A DNA stretch of 64,000 nucleotides from Syntrophales bacterium. GTDB taxonomy: Bacteria; Desulfobacterota; Syntrophia; Syntrophales; PHBD01. The position numbers and the translations under genes are program-made. The notes beneath the pieces were generated by a model. The model worked only from the letters and a program-made list of their open reading frames with translations. It was not told the DNA's origin and did no database searches. Every line of letters starts with the position of its first letter. The stretch's first letter is position 1. The stretch is taken from contig OY764159.1 of the NCBI GenBank assembly GCA_963668175.1, positions 2,560,001-2,624,000 of the forward strand, written 5' to 3'. This document shows, one piece after another, positions 1 through 8,836 of the stretch.

Positions 1-2
1 GC

Positions 3-197
3 CGGGATGTCCTGGCTGCGGATACCGTCGCGGCCAGGGCCATGAGTCATCAGGTCCCGAAAATCAAGCAGCTGACTATGGGATACGATATGGGGCTCGG
101 TCAAATCGACGAGTTATCCATCGAGATAATCGGGGAAAGGCTCGCCGATATTCAAATGGATTGGGCGCCGGCGGTTCTCGCGAACTCCTATGCCTGA
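3..197 (+). CDS. C-terminal fragment of a probable DUF362-family protein (runs off window start)
   Basis: Manual translation RDVLAADTVAARAMSHQVPKIKQLTMGYDMGLGQIDELSIEIIGE...YA* resembles the DUF362 C-terminus (D-x-VA-x-D...GLG...I-x-G); not in the ORF track. Confidence 0.6.
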   Translation, partial: RDVLAADTVAARAMSHQVPKIKQLTMGYDMGLGQIDELSIEIIGERLADIQMDWAPAVLANSYA

Positions 198-254
198 ACG
201 GGCCGCCGGGATTCAGGGCGCATTTTATCGGACAAATACAAAAAGAATGGGGGG

Positions 255-1271
255 ATGGTCATGATCAGAAATGGATTGTTTGCGGTTGCAGTCATACTGA
301 TATCGATGTGTTTGGTTCATTGTGCGCGAAACGGCGGGCCTCCGTCGGCAATCCAAAGTTACGCCCAGAAAACACCGGTGAAAAGGACCGTAACGTGGGT
401 ATCCTCCGCCAAACCGGCTTCCGGCGGCAGTCTGCGCATCGCGCGGACGACAAGCGACGGGACCACTTCCAGGATCGCCTACCTCACCGATTCGCCGCAT
501 AACGACTACAAACCGGTGATCAGCCCGGACGGCACCAAGATCGCTTTTTTCCGCTCCTACAGCGAGGGAAACGATTTCTTCCTCTGGAAGAGTTCCATCT
601 GCGTGATGAACGCGGACGGCAGCGGCTTTCGCGAGTTGACGGACCATCAATACATGAACACCGAACCCTACTGGACGCGCGACGGCTCCAACCGGATCAC
701 CTGGTCGCGGATGATCCATTCTTCGGAAGGGAAATACGGAACGTATGTTTACCGGACCGCTTGGGATGCCAAGCCCGGCGACGAACGGCAAATCTCGGCG
801 ACCAACTGGGAGTGGGGAAACAGCAGCCTGAAAGACGGCCGCATGTTCGTCAGCCGGGGGAAGGCGCACCATCTGATGAAACCGGACCCTTCCGGCAAAC
901 CCGCCTACCGGGAAATACGCTACCCGGACACGTATCATTATCTGCACAAGGCGACGATTTCCAACGACGAGACCAGGATCGCCTATATGAAAAAGATCGT
1001 CACAAACGGCGACGATTATCGCGGCTCTCAAATCGTCCTGGCCGACTTCGACGCATCCGTTCCGGCTATCGCCAATGAAGTGGTGGTTTCTCCCCTGGAC
1101 CCGTCGAAGTTTACCTGGTACGTCAGCATCTCGCCCGACAATCAATATCTGCTCTACGCCCAGAACGGCAGGATCATGATGTACGATGTCGAGACCCGCA
1201 CAAACAGCCGGATATCGACGATGAATACCGTCGAATACCGATATCCCTGCATCGAAGGCGCTGTGAAGTAG
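255..1271 (+). CDS. Exported TolB-like/PD40-repeat beta-propeller protein
   Basis: N-terminal signal/lipoprotein-like segment; PVISPDGTKIAF, PYWTRDG and SISPDNQYLLY PD40-type repeats. Confidence 0.75.
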   Translation: MVMIRNGLFAVAVILISMCLVHCARNGGPPSAIQSYAQKTPVKRTVTWVSSAKPASGGSLRIARTTSDGTTSRIAYLTDSPHNDYKPVISPDGTKIAFFRSYSEGNDFFLWKSSICVMNADGSGFRELTDHQYMNTEPYWTRDGSNRITWSRMIHSSEGKYGTYVYRTAWDAKPGDERQISATNWEWGNSSLKDGRMFVSRGKAHHLMKPDPSGKPAYREIRYPDTYHYLHKATISNDETRIAYMKKIVTNGDDYRGSQIVLADFDASVPAIANEVVVSPLDPSKFTWYVSISPDNQYLLYAQNGRIMMYDVETRTNSRISTMNTVEYRYPCIEGAVK

Positions 1272-1502
1272 ATATTGCGCAGGCGGTCGAATGGTTCCAT
1301 GGCCATGCCCGGATTGACCGCGCATGCGATCCTGCCGCGGACTCCCGCGGAAGCGGGCGCGGCCTGGCGGCCGGGAAGAACGCCGCCGCCTGAACGAAGC
1401 GGAAGCGATACCCGTATCGGGTCGGAACCCGGATACGGCGGCCGTTCCGCCTGGATATAAAAAGGAGACCCGCACGGGTCCCCTTTCCGTTTTCTCAGGG
1501 AA

Positions 1503-2036
1503 TCATCTTGCGGAAGACATTCCCGGCTTCAGAATGAATGTGGTGTCTTTGCGGAAAAGATCGCTGCCGTCGATACGATGGAGATAAAGGCGAAAATTCT
1601 GATGGCGTATGTAATATTCAGGATAATTGACGGCTTCGAAAGAAAAAGCGCCGCTTCCGTCAAGGCCGGGAACGATTCTGAATGTGGCGTCTTTTCGGAA
1701 GAGATCGCTGCCGTCGGGACGATGCAATTTCAATTCGAAGTTCTGATGCCTCAGATAATGATCCGGATAATTCACCGAACGAAAAGAGAAGAGCTTCCCG
1801 TCCGCCAGGCCCGGGACAAGGACGAAACTCGCATCCTGTCGATCCAGATCGGAGTGAACAGGATCGATGTAACCCAGAAATCCCTTGTGGCGAATGTATC
1901 TGTCCGGGTAATTGACGGATTGAAAGGACGACTCTGCGGATTGGGCCTGAACAACGGTGACATCCACCCATGCCGTAATTGCCATCATGATGCATAACAG
2001 ACGGAATGACGTGCGGAAACAATCCTGATATTTCAC
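1503..2036 (-). CDS. Secreted stand-alone AbfB (CBM42-like) beta-trefoil carbohydrate-binding protein
   Basis: Signal peptide followed by three repeats of SF-x-(S/A)VNYP-x-x-Y(I/L)RH...DA(S/T)F. Confidence 0.8.
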   Translation of the reverse strand: MKYQDCFRTSFRLLCIMMAITAWVDVTVVQAQSAESSFQSVNYPDRYIRHKGFLGYIDPVHSDLDRQDASFVLVPGLADGKLFSFRSVNYPDHYLRHQNFELKLHRPDGSDLFRKDATFRIVPGLDGSGAFSFEAVNYPEYYIRHQNFRLYLHRIDGSDLFRKDTTFILKPGMSSAR

Positions 2037-2405
2037 AATCTGTACCCCCTTAACATGTATTTTTCATTATGACCGCGCGCGCAACGATTACCATATTCAA
2101 AGTCAATAATCAGCCGTTTTGAGCGTCGGATTTTCCTCCGTCTCCGCAGCAGCCATGCCGCGTGCATCCGGCGGCCGCCATCAAGAAGATCGACAGCCTG
2201 ACGTAGTGTGGACGACCCGTGGCAAGGACGGATCGTCATCCGCGACAGGGCCGCGTCGAATGCGGCAATCCGCTCTTCTTCACCAACTCCGACGTCTGGA
2301 ACCGGGCGCAGAAGATAAGAGGCAGTTCATCCAACGGGCCGGGTGATCTTTATGCCGTTTCCCTGAAGCGGATATCGGGGACGCCGGTTGAAAGAACGAA
2401 ACGGC

Positions 2406-2434
2406 TTGACACGTGTCACGTGACACGTTATAAA
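2406..2434 (+). promoter_or_regulatory. sigma70 promoter of higBA with a palindromic operator in the spacer
   Basis: TTGACA (2406-2411), 17-bp spacer, TATAAA (2429-2434); perfect 18-bp palindrome ACGTGTCACGTGACACGT at 2411-2428. Confidence 0.85.
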
Positions 2435-2440
2435 GGAAGC

Positions 2441-2725
2441 ATGATAAAGACCTTTTTCGACAAGCATACGAAGGATCTTTATGAAACCGGAAAATCGAAA
2501 AAGTTTCCGCCCGATCTTCTCAGAAGGGCCATACGCAGGCTTGAATATATCGATCTCGCCGCCGGTGTCGACGATCTTAAAATACCGCCGAGCAACCGCC
2601 TGCATCCTTTGAAGGGCGGCAGGGAAGGACAATTCGCGATTTCAATAAACGATCAATGGCGCATATGTTTCCGGTTCGTTGACGGCGATGCCTATGACGT
2701 CGAAATAACCGATTATCATTCGTGA
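2441..2725 (+). CDS. higB: HigB (RelE/ParE-family) toxin
   Basis: MIKTFFDK...DLKIPPSNRLHPLKGGREGQFAISINDQWRICFRF...VEITDYH; start moved to ATG 2441, just downstream of the promoter. Confidence 0.9.
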   Translation: MIKTFFDKHTKDLYETGKSKKFPPDLLRRAIRRLEYIDLAAGVDDLKIPPSNRLHPLKGGREGQFAISINDQWRICFRFVDGDAYDVEITDYHS

Positions 2726-2733
2726 GGTTAACT

Positions 2734-3048
2734 ATGAGCACGACAAATAGAATAAATCGCAGAATCAGACCGACCCACCCGGGGGAAATGCTGCGGGAGG
2801 ATTTTATGCCCGATTACGGGTTGAATGTGTCGGGCCTTGCCGAGGCGCTTGGGGTTTCCCGTCAGACAATCAACGAGTTGTTGCGGGAGCACAGGGCGCT
2901 TACGCCTTTAACGGCATTGCGCCTGAGCCGGCTGTTTGGAAACTCGCCGGAATTTTGGCTCAACGCGCAAAGAGCCGTCGATCTGTGGGATGCGCAAAAC
3001 AGTTACGGCAAAGAGATAAAGCGCATCCGGCCGCTGAAAGCCGCATAG
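2734..3048 (+). CDS. higA: HigA antitoxin (XRE HTH)
   Basis: PTHPGEMLREDF...ALRLSRLFGNSPEFWLNAQ signature; directly follows higB; GAGG RBS. Confidence 0.92.
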   Translation: MSTTNRINRRIRPTHPGEMLREDFMPDYGLNVSGLAEALGVSRQTINELLREHRALTPLTALRLSRLFGNSPEFWLNAQRAVDLWDAQNSYGKEIKRIRPLKAA

Positions 3049-3053
3049 GTGTT

Positions 3054-3251
3054 TAAGCAGGCTGTTGAAAAACGCCCATCTGTCGCGTTGCGCTGCAAGC
3101 CTCGTCAATCGACATACTTCTTGTATGACTCATTCCTCGGCTTTTGCGCGCCTTACATCTGGACATTTTTGAACACCCCCTATGCAGGGGGCATGGCCTG
3201 CGCGCCCCCTGCATAGGGGGTTCAAAATCGAGTTTTTCAAAAAGCTGTTAA
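3054..3251. mobile_element. MITE-like inverted-repeat element, copy 1
   Basis: Left end AGCAGGCTGTTGAAAAACGCCCATCTG, right end ATCGAGTTTTTCAAAAAGCTGTTA; homologous to 15956-16085, 46570-46802 and 57314-57488. Confidence 0.8.
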
Positions 3252-3286
3252 AGTTTGTAAGCTTCCCGGATTCCGACGCCTGAATG

Positions 3287-3333
3287 ATTCGGGGGCCGCC
3301 ATCTCCTGACTAGGGGATGGTAACACTGGAATT
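3287..3333. repeat. Degenerate copy of the GGGGACAC/CCCCTGACTAGGGG palindromic repeat family
   Basis: ATTCGGGGGCCGCCATCTCCTGACTAGGGGATGGTAACACTGGAATT, immediately upstream of an AT-rich gene. Confidence 0.6.
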
Positions 3334-3366
3334 GAATAGAATATGAGATAATAAGCTTTATGATCT

Positions 3367-4380
3367 ATGATTGATAAAAAGAAAAGAAGGAATATGAAGA
3401 AAGTATCCAAGCAGTTTCCAGAACTGTTTCATTATACGAATCTGACTGCTTTTAAGAAGATTTATGAAACAAATATTTTCAGAGCGACACATTATAAGGA
3501 CCTGAATGATAGTTCCGAGTTTTCACAGTTCAGACTGAAAGTACATGAATTTATCCGACCGAAAATCCAGACATACTTGGCAAGAATACGGAGGCAAGAT
3601 GTTGAGATTGAGAGACAAATCTCTGAGCGAGGCGGCATCGATTCGGTGGCTGAAGAAAATGCAATAAGACATGTCGATACAATGCACGAACATACATTCA
3701 ATGAGCGAATGTATAAACAAACATTTGTTTGTTCTTTTTGCGGACATCTTATGCCGTCGTATGAAGCAAGTCACGGATTGTTAAGTCAATGGCGAGCGTA
3801 TGGAGTGAGCGACGGTGTCGTCATTGTGCTTGACACGGAGCGTGTTGAGAAAATGTTAGAGCGTGATTATTATGCCTTCCAAATTCAGATAAGTATGATG
3901 GGCGATGTTGTTTATGATGATAACAACAAGAGAATTAAAAAGGATTATGGAAACGTCTTTAAACATTTACCTAAGATAATCGAAATTGAATTTAACAAGC
4001 TCTGGTTTAGTAGAAGATCGGAAGTCGAAGAGCTATATGCAGACATGCATGATCATTTCCTTTTAGGTTCGGTTTTAGTTAAACATCGCGCATTTAAGGA
4101 AGAAAATGAACTCCGAATTGTTGTGGCTCCTAACACTGCGGAATCCTTCACTGCATACGACCCCAATAGTTCCAAAAAGAAGAAGGAAATAAGTTGGATA
4201 CCTAAAGATAATCGTGAAATCAGATACATTGAGATGTTTGGTAATGAACCTCTTCCAATCAAGCGTATAATCGTCGGACCTTCAAAGATACAAAACTTCA
4301 ATTATCAGACAGTCAGAGATATCGTTGGTGAAAATACGGACATCGAAATCTTAAAATCCGAAATTCCCTTCTTAGGCTGA
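3367..4380 (+). CDS. DUF2971-like protein, AT-rich (alternative start 3394)
   Basis: LFHYT, LNDSSE, SFC...LLSQWRAYG, KH-x-x-F-x-EENELR and IIVGP motifs. Confidence 0.75.
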   Translation: MIDKKKRRNMKKVSKQFPELFHYTNLTAFKKIYETNIFRATHYKDLNDSSEFSQFRLKVHEFIRPKIQTYLARIRRQDVEIERQISERGGIDSVAEENAIRHVDTMHEHTFNERMYKQTFVCSFCGHLMPSYEASHGLLSQWRAYGVSDGVVIVLDTERVEKMLERDYYAFQIQISMMGDVVYDDNNKRIKKDYGNVFKHLPKIIEIEFNKLWFSRRSEVEELYADMHDHFLLGSVLVKHRAFKEENELRIVVAPNTAESFTAYDPNSSKKKKEISWIPKDNREIRYIEMFGNEPLPIKRIIVGPSKIQNFNYQTVRDIVGENTDIEILKSEIPFLG

Positions 4381-4404
4381 AAAAGACAATTTGCCACAAT
4401 TCGG

Positions 4405-4445
4405 GGGCCGGTCCCACACCATGCCATGCGTGGAACCGGCCCTTT
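4405..4445. terminator. Hairpin between convergent genes
   Basis: GGGCCGGTCCCAC...GTGGAACCGGCCC followed by TTT. Confidence 0.5.
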
Positions 4446-4483
4446 CGATTTTTTACGTTCAATATGCTTTCCTGCCCCGGTTA

Positions 4484-6226
4484 TCAGGCGCCGTTGATGA
4501 CGGCGGTCAGTTCGCCTACGTAAGTCTGCATGCGCTGGGACTGGCCGCTCATCTCCGCGGCGCTCCCCGACGATTCCTCCGCGTTGGCCGCCGTCCTCTG
4601 GACGACCTTGTCCATTTCCACCACGGCCTTGCCGATCTGGTCGATGCCCCGCGCCTGCTCGTCGGAGGCGACGGCGATCTCCGACACAAGGCTCTCTACC
4701 TTGCCGGTGATGGCGACGTTTTCCCGGAAGGCCTCCTGGGTCTGGAGGGTCAGCCCGTGGCTCTTCTTCACGACGGCGATCGTGTTCTCGATCAGCGAAG
4801 ACGTGTTTTTGGCCGCTTCCGCCGCCCGCATGGCGAGATTCCTCACCTCGTCGGCGACGACGGCGAACCCCGCCCCCGCCTCGCCCGCACGCGCCGCCTC
4901 CACCGCGGCGTTCAGGGCCAGGAGGTTCGTCTGGAAGGCGATTTCGTCGATCGTCTTGACGATCTTGCCCGTCTCCTCGCTGGAGCGCGACACCTCCCCG
5001 ATGGACTCCGTCATGTTGTTGATATGCCCCTCGACCTGCTCCACGACCTTTCCCGCCTGCGATGTCAGGCTCCGGGCCTGGGCGGCATTGTCGGCGTTGG
5101 TCTTCGTCATGGCCGTCAATTCCTCCAGGGAGGCCGAAGTCTGTTCGATGGCCGCCGCCTGCTCGGTGGAGCCTTCCGCGAGGGACTGGCTGGCCGAGGC
5201 CACGGTGCCGGCAGCACCTTCCACGAAGGAGGACGTCTCCGCCAGGCCGGCGATGACGTTTTCAATCGGCTTCGTGATGGAACGGGAGAAGAAGTAGATG
5301 GCGACGCACGATACGGCCAGGAAAACGACGCCCAGGATCAAAAGGAGATTGCGGATCCTGTGGGCCGCGGCCATGAGCTCGTCTACATCCTGCGCCACGC
5401 CCACGCTCCAGCCCGTGAGCGGCACGGGCGCAAAACCGGCCAGCTTCTTCACCCCCTGCATCGCGTAGTTGACCGATCCCGTCTGCTGCTGCGTCATTTT
5501 GCCGATCAGGTCCTTCAAATCCGCCTGTTCGGAAAAGTTGGTCTTGAGCACCACATCCTGCTTGGGATGGGCGATGGCGAATCCCTGCTTGTTGATCATA
5601 TAGGCGTAGCCCGTCTTTCCGAGCTTGAGGGATGTGATCTTGTCGCAGAGGTACTCGATGTTGACGCCGATGACGACGGCGCCGACGAATTCCCCCGATT
5701 TCGAATAGAGGGGGCCGGCCAGCGGCATGTAAGGCTTGCCCGATACCCGGGAGATGGTCACGTTTCCCACATTGACGTTGCCCGCCTTGGCCGCCAGGAA
5801 ATAGTCGCGGTCGCCGGTTTTCGTGCCGACGACCCGGCCGTCGTTGTCGGTGAAGCAGACGCCGTTCTTGTCCGTGAGGAAGATGGACGAGTAGTCCTTG
5901 CCGATCTTCTTATGGATGGCGACGATCTCCTTGTGCACGCGTTCGATGTCCGCCGCCGCCGCGGCCCCCACAGAGGCTTTGGCCGCCGCGTCGGAGAACG
6001 CCTCGTTGACCGACAGGGTGCCGACGACTTTCATCTCCTCCATCAACACCATCTGGACCATGGTGGACATGCTCTTGGCATGCTGTTCCGCCTGCATGGC
6101 GGCGATCTCGTTCAGGGCGCCGGATACGGAAAAGAAAGAATAGATACCGACGATCAGGAGAGCGGTAACGGCGATGACGGCCCCCCCGGAAATCAACTTG
6201 AACCGCAACGATCTTTTTCCGAACAT
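4484..6226 (-). CDS. Methyl-accepting chemotaxis protein with a periplasmic dCache-type sensor
   Basis: Two TM segments; RDYF and YAYMIN...IAHP Cache motifs; IAFQTNLLALNAAVEAARAGEAGAGFAVVADEVRNLA hairpin tip. Confidence 0.95.
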   Translation of the reverse strand: MFGKRSLRFKLISGGAVIAVTALLIVGIYSFFSVSGALNEIAAMQAEQHAKSMSTMVQMVLMEEMKVVGTLSVNEAFSDAAAKASVGAAAAADIERVHKEIVAIHKKIGKDYSSIFLTDKNGVCFTDNDGRVVGTKTGDRDYFLAAKAGNVNVGNVTISRVSGKPYMPLAGPLYSKSGEFVGAVVIGVNIEYLCDKITSLKLGKTGYAYMINKQGFAIAHPKQDVVLKTNFSEQADLKDLIGKMTQQQTGSVNYAMQGVKKLAGFAPVPLTGWSVGVAQDVDELMAAAHRIRNLLLILGVVFLAVSCVAIYFFSRSITKPIENVIAGLAETSSFVEGAAGTVASASQSLAEGSTEQAAAIEQTSASLEELTAMTKTNADNAAQARSLTSQAGKVVEQVEGHINNMTESIGEVSRSSEETGKIVKTIDEIAFQTNLLALNAAVEAARAGEAGAGFAVVADEVRNLAMRAAEAAKNTSSLIENTIAVVKKSHGLTLQTQEAFRENVAITGKVESLVSEIAVASDEQARGIDQIGKAVVEMDKVVQRTAANAEESSGSAAEMSGQSQRMQTYVGELTAVINGA

Positions 6227-6308
6227 AATCTTCTCCTTGAAAAATAATCATTCGTGACGACCGGTTGTGATCCGGCTGCGAAGGGCCTTTCAGTTTATTT
6301 AGGTCCTC

Positions 6309-6322
6309 GCACAAATCGTGCC
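6309..6322 (-). promoter_or_regulatory. sigma54 -24/-12 promoter upstream of the MCP
   Basis: Minus strand GGCACGATTTGTGC = GG-N10-GC, about 80 bp upstream of the start codon. Confidence 0.6.
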
Positions 6323-6463
6323 CCGATCCGAATGTTCGTAATTTATCATTATATCACAGGGATATTGAGCAGGCGAGTATTTGTTCGCAAGGAAGGTCAA
6401 CCGGCGGTGTCCTGTATCGCGTGAAGGGTGTCTGGATGGGCCGGACATGAACGGGCAGGCGGT

Positions 6464-6579
6464 TCACGCTCCCCGCTTTTCTATGCATTTGAGATACTGC
6501 CGGGTCAGGAGATCGCAACTGCGCTCGAAGACGTGGCCGGGGAGGAAGGTCTTGCAGCCGGTGTCGGCGAGGATGCGCC
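6464..6579 (-). pseudogene. Duplicated 3' fragment of the MBL-fold hydrolase gene
   Basis: 6493-6579 matches 7603-7689 at 83 of 87 nt; reads RILADTGCKTFLPGHVFERSCDLLTRQYLKCIEKRGA*. Confidence 0.85.
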
Positions 6580-6686
6580 GAACCGCTGATTCAGCGACTC
6601 TTGTGGTTTATCGGAAGGCATTCAGATGTTCAAGCCGCCATGTAGGTGCGGTGCTTGCAATGTGCAAGCCTGCGGCATCGTGTGAA

Positions 6687-7280
6687 CTACAGCAAAAGAT
6701 TGTCTTTCTGCAGGTCGTTCAAAAAAGCCAGCAGCATACCGTCGATCACTTCCTTTCCCATGTCGACAGGCGAATGGGTCGGGGTCAGAAAAATCATGAA
6801 GAGCTGTATCCATGTGTCCATATAGTTCTCGTATCGATATTGCTTCAGTAATTGATCGCCTTTCTTGACATCTACAATGAGCGTGAAATTGTCTCTCGCA
6901 AAGCCCGGAAGCACGGTAAATGTGAATCCGGAAACAAATCCGCTTATGAACGCAGCAGCTATGTTCCCATCGTTCTTGAGCACCAGCGATAAGTGATATT
7001 TTTCTCTGCCTGTCCCCGGACTGAATTTCGAAAAGACGTTACTCTTAGCGAAGACTTTTTCTATTTCTCCCTGGAAGTGGCTTACGCTGCCGGCATTTTC
7101 TCTGTCCAGTGAAAAACATTTGACATCGTAATCAACGGCCGGCTTCGGTTCGCGGACGAGGACTTGTTCGTACGTATATTTCGGCAGATTGTTACCCGGA
7201 AAACTTGCACACCCCACAGCCAGAAAGCAGAGAATGCCCACTACGAAATACTTCATGCCGGCAAATCGTTTCCGTCTCAT
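6687..7280 (-). CDS. Hypothetical lipoprotein, lower GC than its flanks
   Basis: Lipobox LAVGC; GGAG RBS before ATG 7280. Confidence 0.75.
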   Translation of the reverse strand: MRRKRFAGMKYFVVGILCFLAVGCASFPGNNLPKYTYEQVLVREPKPAVDYDVKCFSLDRENAGSVSHFQGEIEKVFAKSNVFSKFSPGTGREKYHLSLVLKNDGNIAAAFISGFVSGFTFTVLPGFARDNFTLIVDVKKGDQLLKQYRYENYMDTWIQLFMIFLTPTHSPVDMGKEVIDGMLLAFLNDLQKDNLLL

Positions 7281-7573
7281 AGTCTCCCTTCTTTCATACG
7301 GTTCCAATGAAATCGTTATTAGGCGTGTTCTCAACATGATCGAAGGCTTTTGATCAAGTGAACCCTGCAGCCGTTATAATGCGGCGCGGCACAAGGTAAA
7401 TTCAGGCCCAAGGTACAGTCGGATGCGGGAATATGAAATAAAATGGTGATTTTGTCAAGACGATATATCAGTATAATATATATAATGACAACCGCTGAAA
7501 GGCAATTGGTATCTATGGGTTGCAGATAGAGAAAAGCGGAACTCCGGGCAAGATAGTTATGCAGACGCGTGAG

Positions 7574-8281
7574 TCATTCCCTCGACCGCTCCGTGAATAT
7601 CCGATACTGCCGGGCCAGGAGATCGCGGCTGCGCTCGAAGCCGTGGCCGGGGAGGAAGGTCTTGCAGCCGGTGTCGGCGAGGATGCGCCAGCTTTCGACC
7701 ATCCGGGGGATGTCCTGCCCGAAGGGGGGGAAGACGGAGCCCGGCACGACGCCGAAAATGGCATCGCCCGCGAGCGCAATGCCGCCCGCGACGACGCTCA
7801 CGGAGCCTTCCGTGTGGCCGGGTGTGGGGAGGATGGTCGCATCGATACCGAAGGGGGCGAGGTGCAAGATCCCGTCTACGAGAAAGTCGGGCTTCGCGGC
7901 CGGGTAGGCCAGTAATTGCTGCATCCGGCTCCTGACGAGAGCGATCAGGAGCCGCGTCGGTGCGACGGTGCCGGCGATCGCGGAATTCCCGCCCATCTCA
8001 AGGAACGGCGCCTCGCTCCGGTGAATGAATATCTTCAGCCCGAAATGTTTTTTCAGGTAGGCCGCGTTTTCGGCGTGGTCGTAATGGGCATGGGTAAGGA
8101 CGAGGTAATCGACGGTGCCGACGCCGACTTTACGAAGCCGCGCCAGGAGCGTATTCAGGCTCGATGCCCTGCCCGTATCGACCATGCACGTGCGGTCTCC
8201 CGAGACGATAAGGTAGGCGTTGGCCCGACCTCCCAGCAATCGACGGACGACTGCGCCGTTTCCTGCCTGCCAGGTTTTCAT
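7574..8281 (-). CDS. MBL-fold metallo-hydrolase
   Basis: VDTG, THAHYDHA (HxHxDH), TPGHT, AGD and PGHG motifs. Confidence 0.93.
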   Translation of the reverse strand: MKTWQAGNGAVVRRLLGGRANAYLIVSGDRTCMVDTGRASSLNTLLARLRKVGVGTVDYLVLTHAHYDHAENAAYLKKHFGLKIFIHRSEAPFLEMGGNSAIAGTVAPTRLLIALVRSRMQQLLAYPAAKPDFLVDGILHLAPFGIDATILPTPGHTEGSVSVVAGGIALAGDAIFGVVPGSVFPPFGQDIPRMVESWRILADTGCKTFLPGHGFERSRDLLARQYRIFTERSRE

Positions 8282-8313
8282 AGGGGCTGACTCGCGACCG
8301 TTTCAGTTGTGAA

Positions 8314-8541
8314 TCACAGTTTGTATCCGGGTTTTATGTACAGCGTTTCCGCCTTGCTCACGATGTCCGGCCCGTAGACCTTCTCTTTCCAGTCGCGCGG
8401 GTTGTATTCCTCGATGGCGACCGAAACCGCCTTTTCTTCGTTTCCCGTGCAGGCGACGACGTCCCTCACGATGGCGTCCGCCAGGTCTTTCTTCTGCTGT
8501 TCCGTTTTTCCGGCCAGGAGTTTCACGATAACATGAGGCAT
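8314..8541 (-). CDS. 4-oxalocrotonate tautomerase family protein (PptA/YdcE-like)
   Basis: Catalytic Pro1 (MPHV), 75 aa, VSVAIEE...W...VY...LYIKPGY. Confidence 0.88.
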   Translation of the reverse strand: MPHVIVKLLAGKTEQQKKDLADAIVRDVVACTGNEEKAVSVAIEEYNPRDWKEKVYGPDIVSKAETLYIKPGYKL

Positions 8542-8836
8542 TGTTTTCTCCTTCGTTTATCCGACACGGCAGGAGACGCCCAATCTGTATGCGGTTGAGG
8601 CTTCCCGCGCTGCGCGTCTTTTTTTACCGTCGACAAGCGGCTGCGTCCGGGCATCGGCCGCCGGTACGCCCACGCCCCGCCGGGCCTGTCTGCGGGCTTT
8701 GCCCGTATCCTTGCCCGGGCTCGAGGCGGTGCGATCGACCCGCATTATACGTTCCGGCGCGGAAAAATGCGCGCAAAAAAAGCGGGAACGTGGAAAGGGC
8801 AGGACGCAGGGCGCCCCCTATTCGAAGTCGTTCATT

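Noticed and set aside
2219..2440. N-terminal extension of HigB in the ORF track
   Set aside because: It runs through the promoter/operator; HigB similarity starts at ATG 2441
4391..6247. 618-aa plus-strand ORF
   Set aside because: Antisense shadow of the MCP gene. The same applies to other long shadows such as 30106..31494, 32993..35110, 40183..41808, 44202..45440, 54727..56433 and 59748..61109, which are expected in GC-rich DNA
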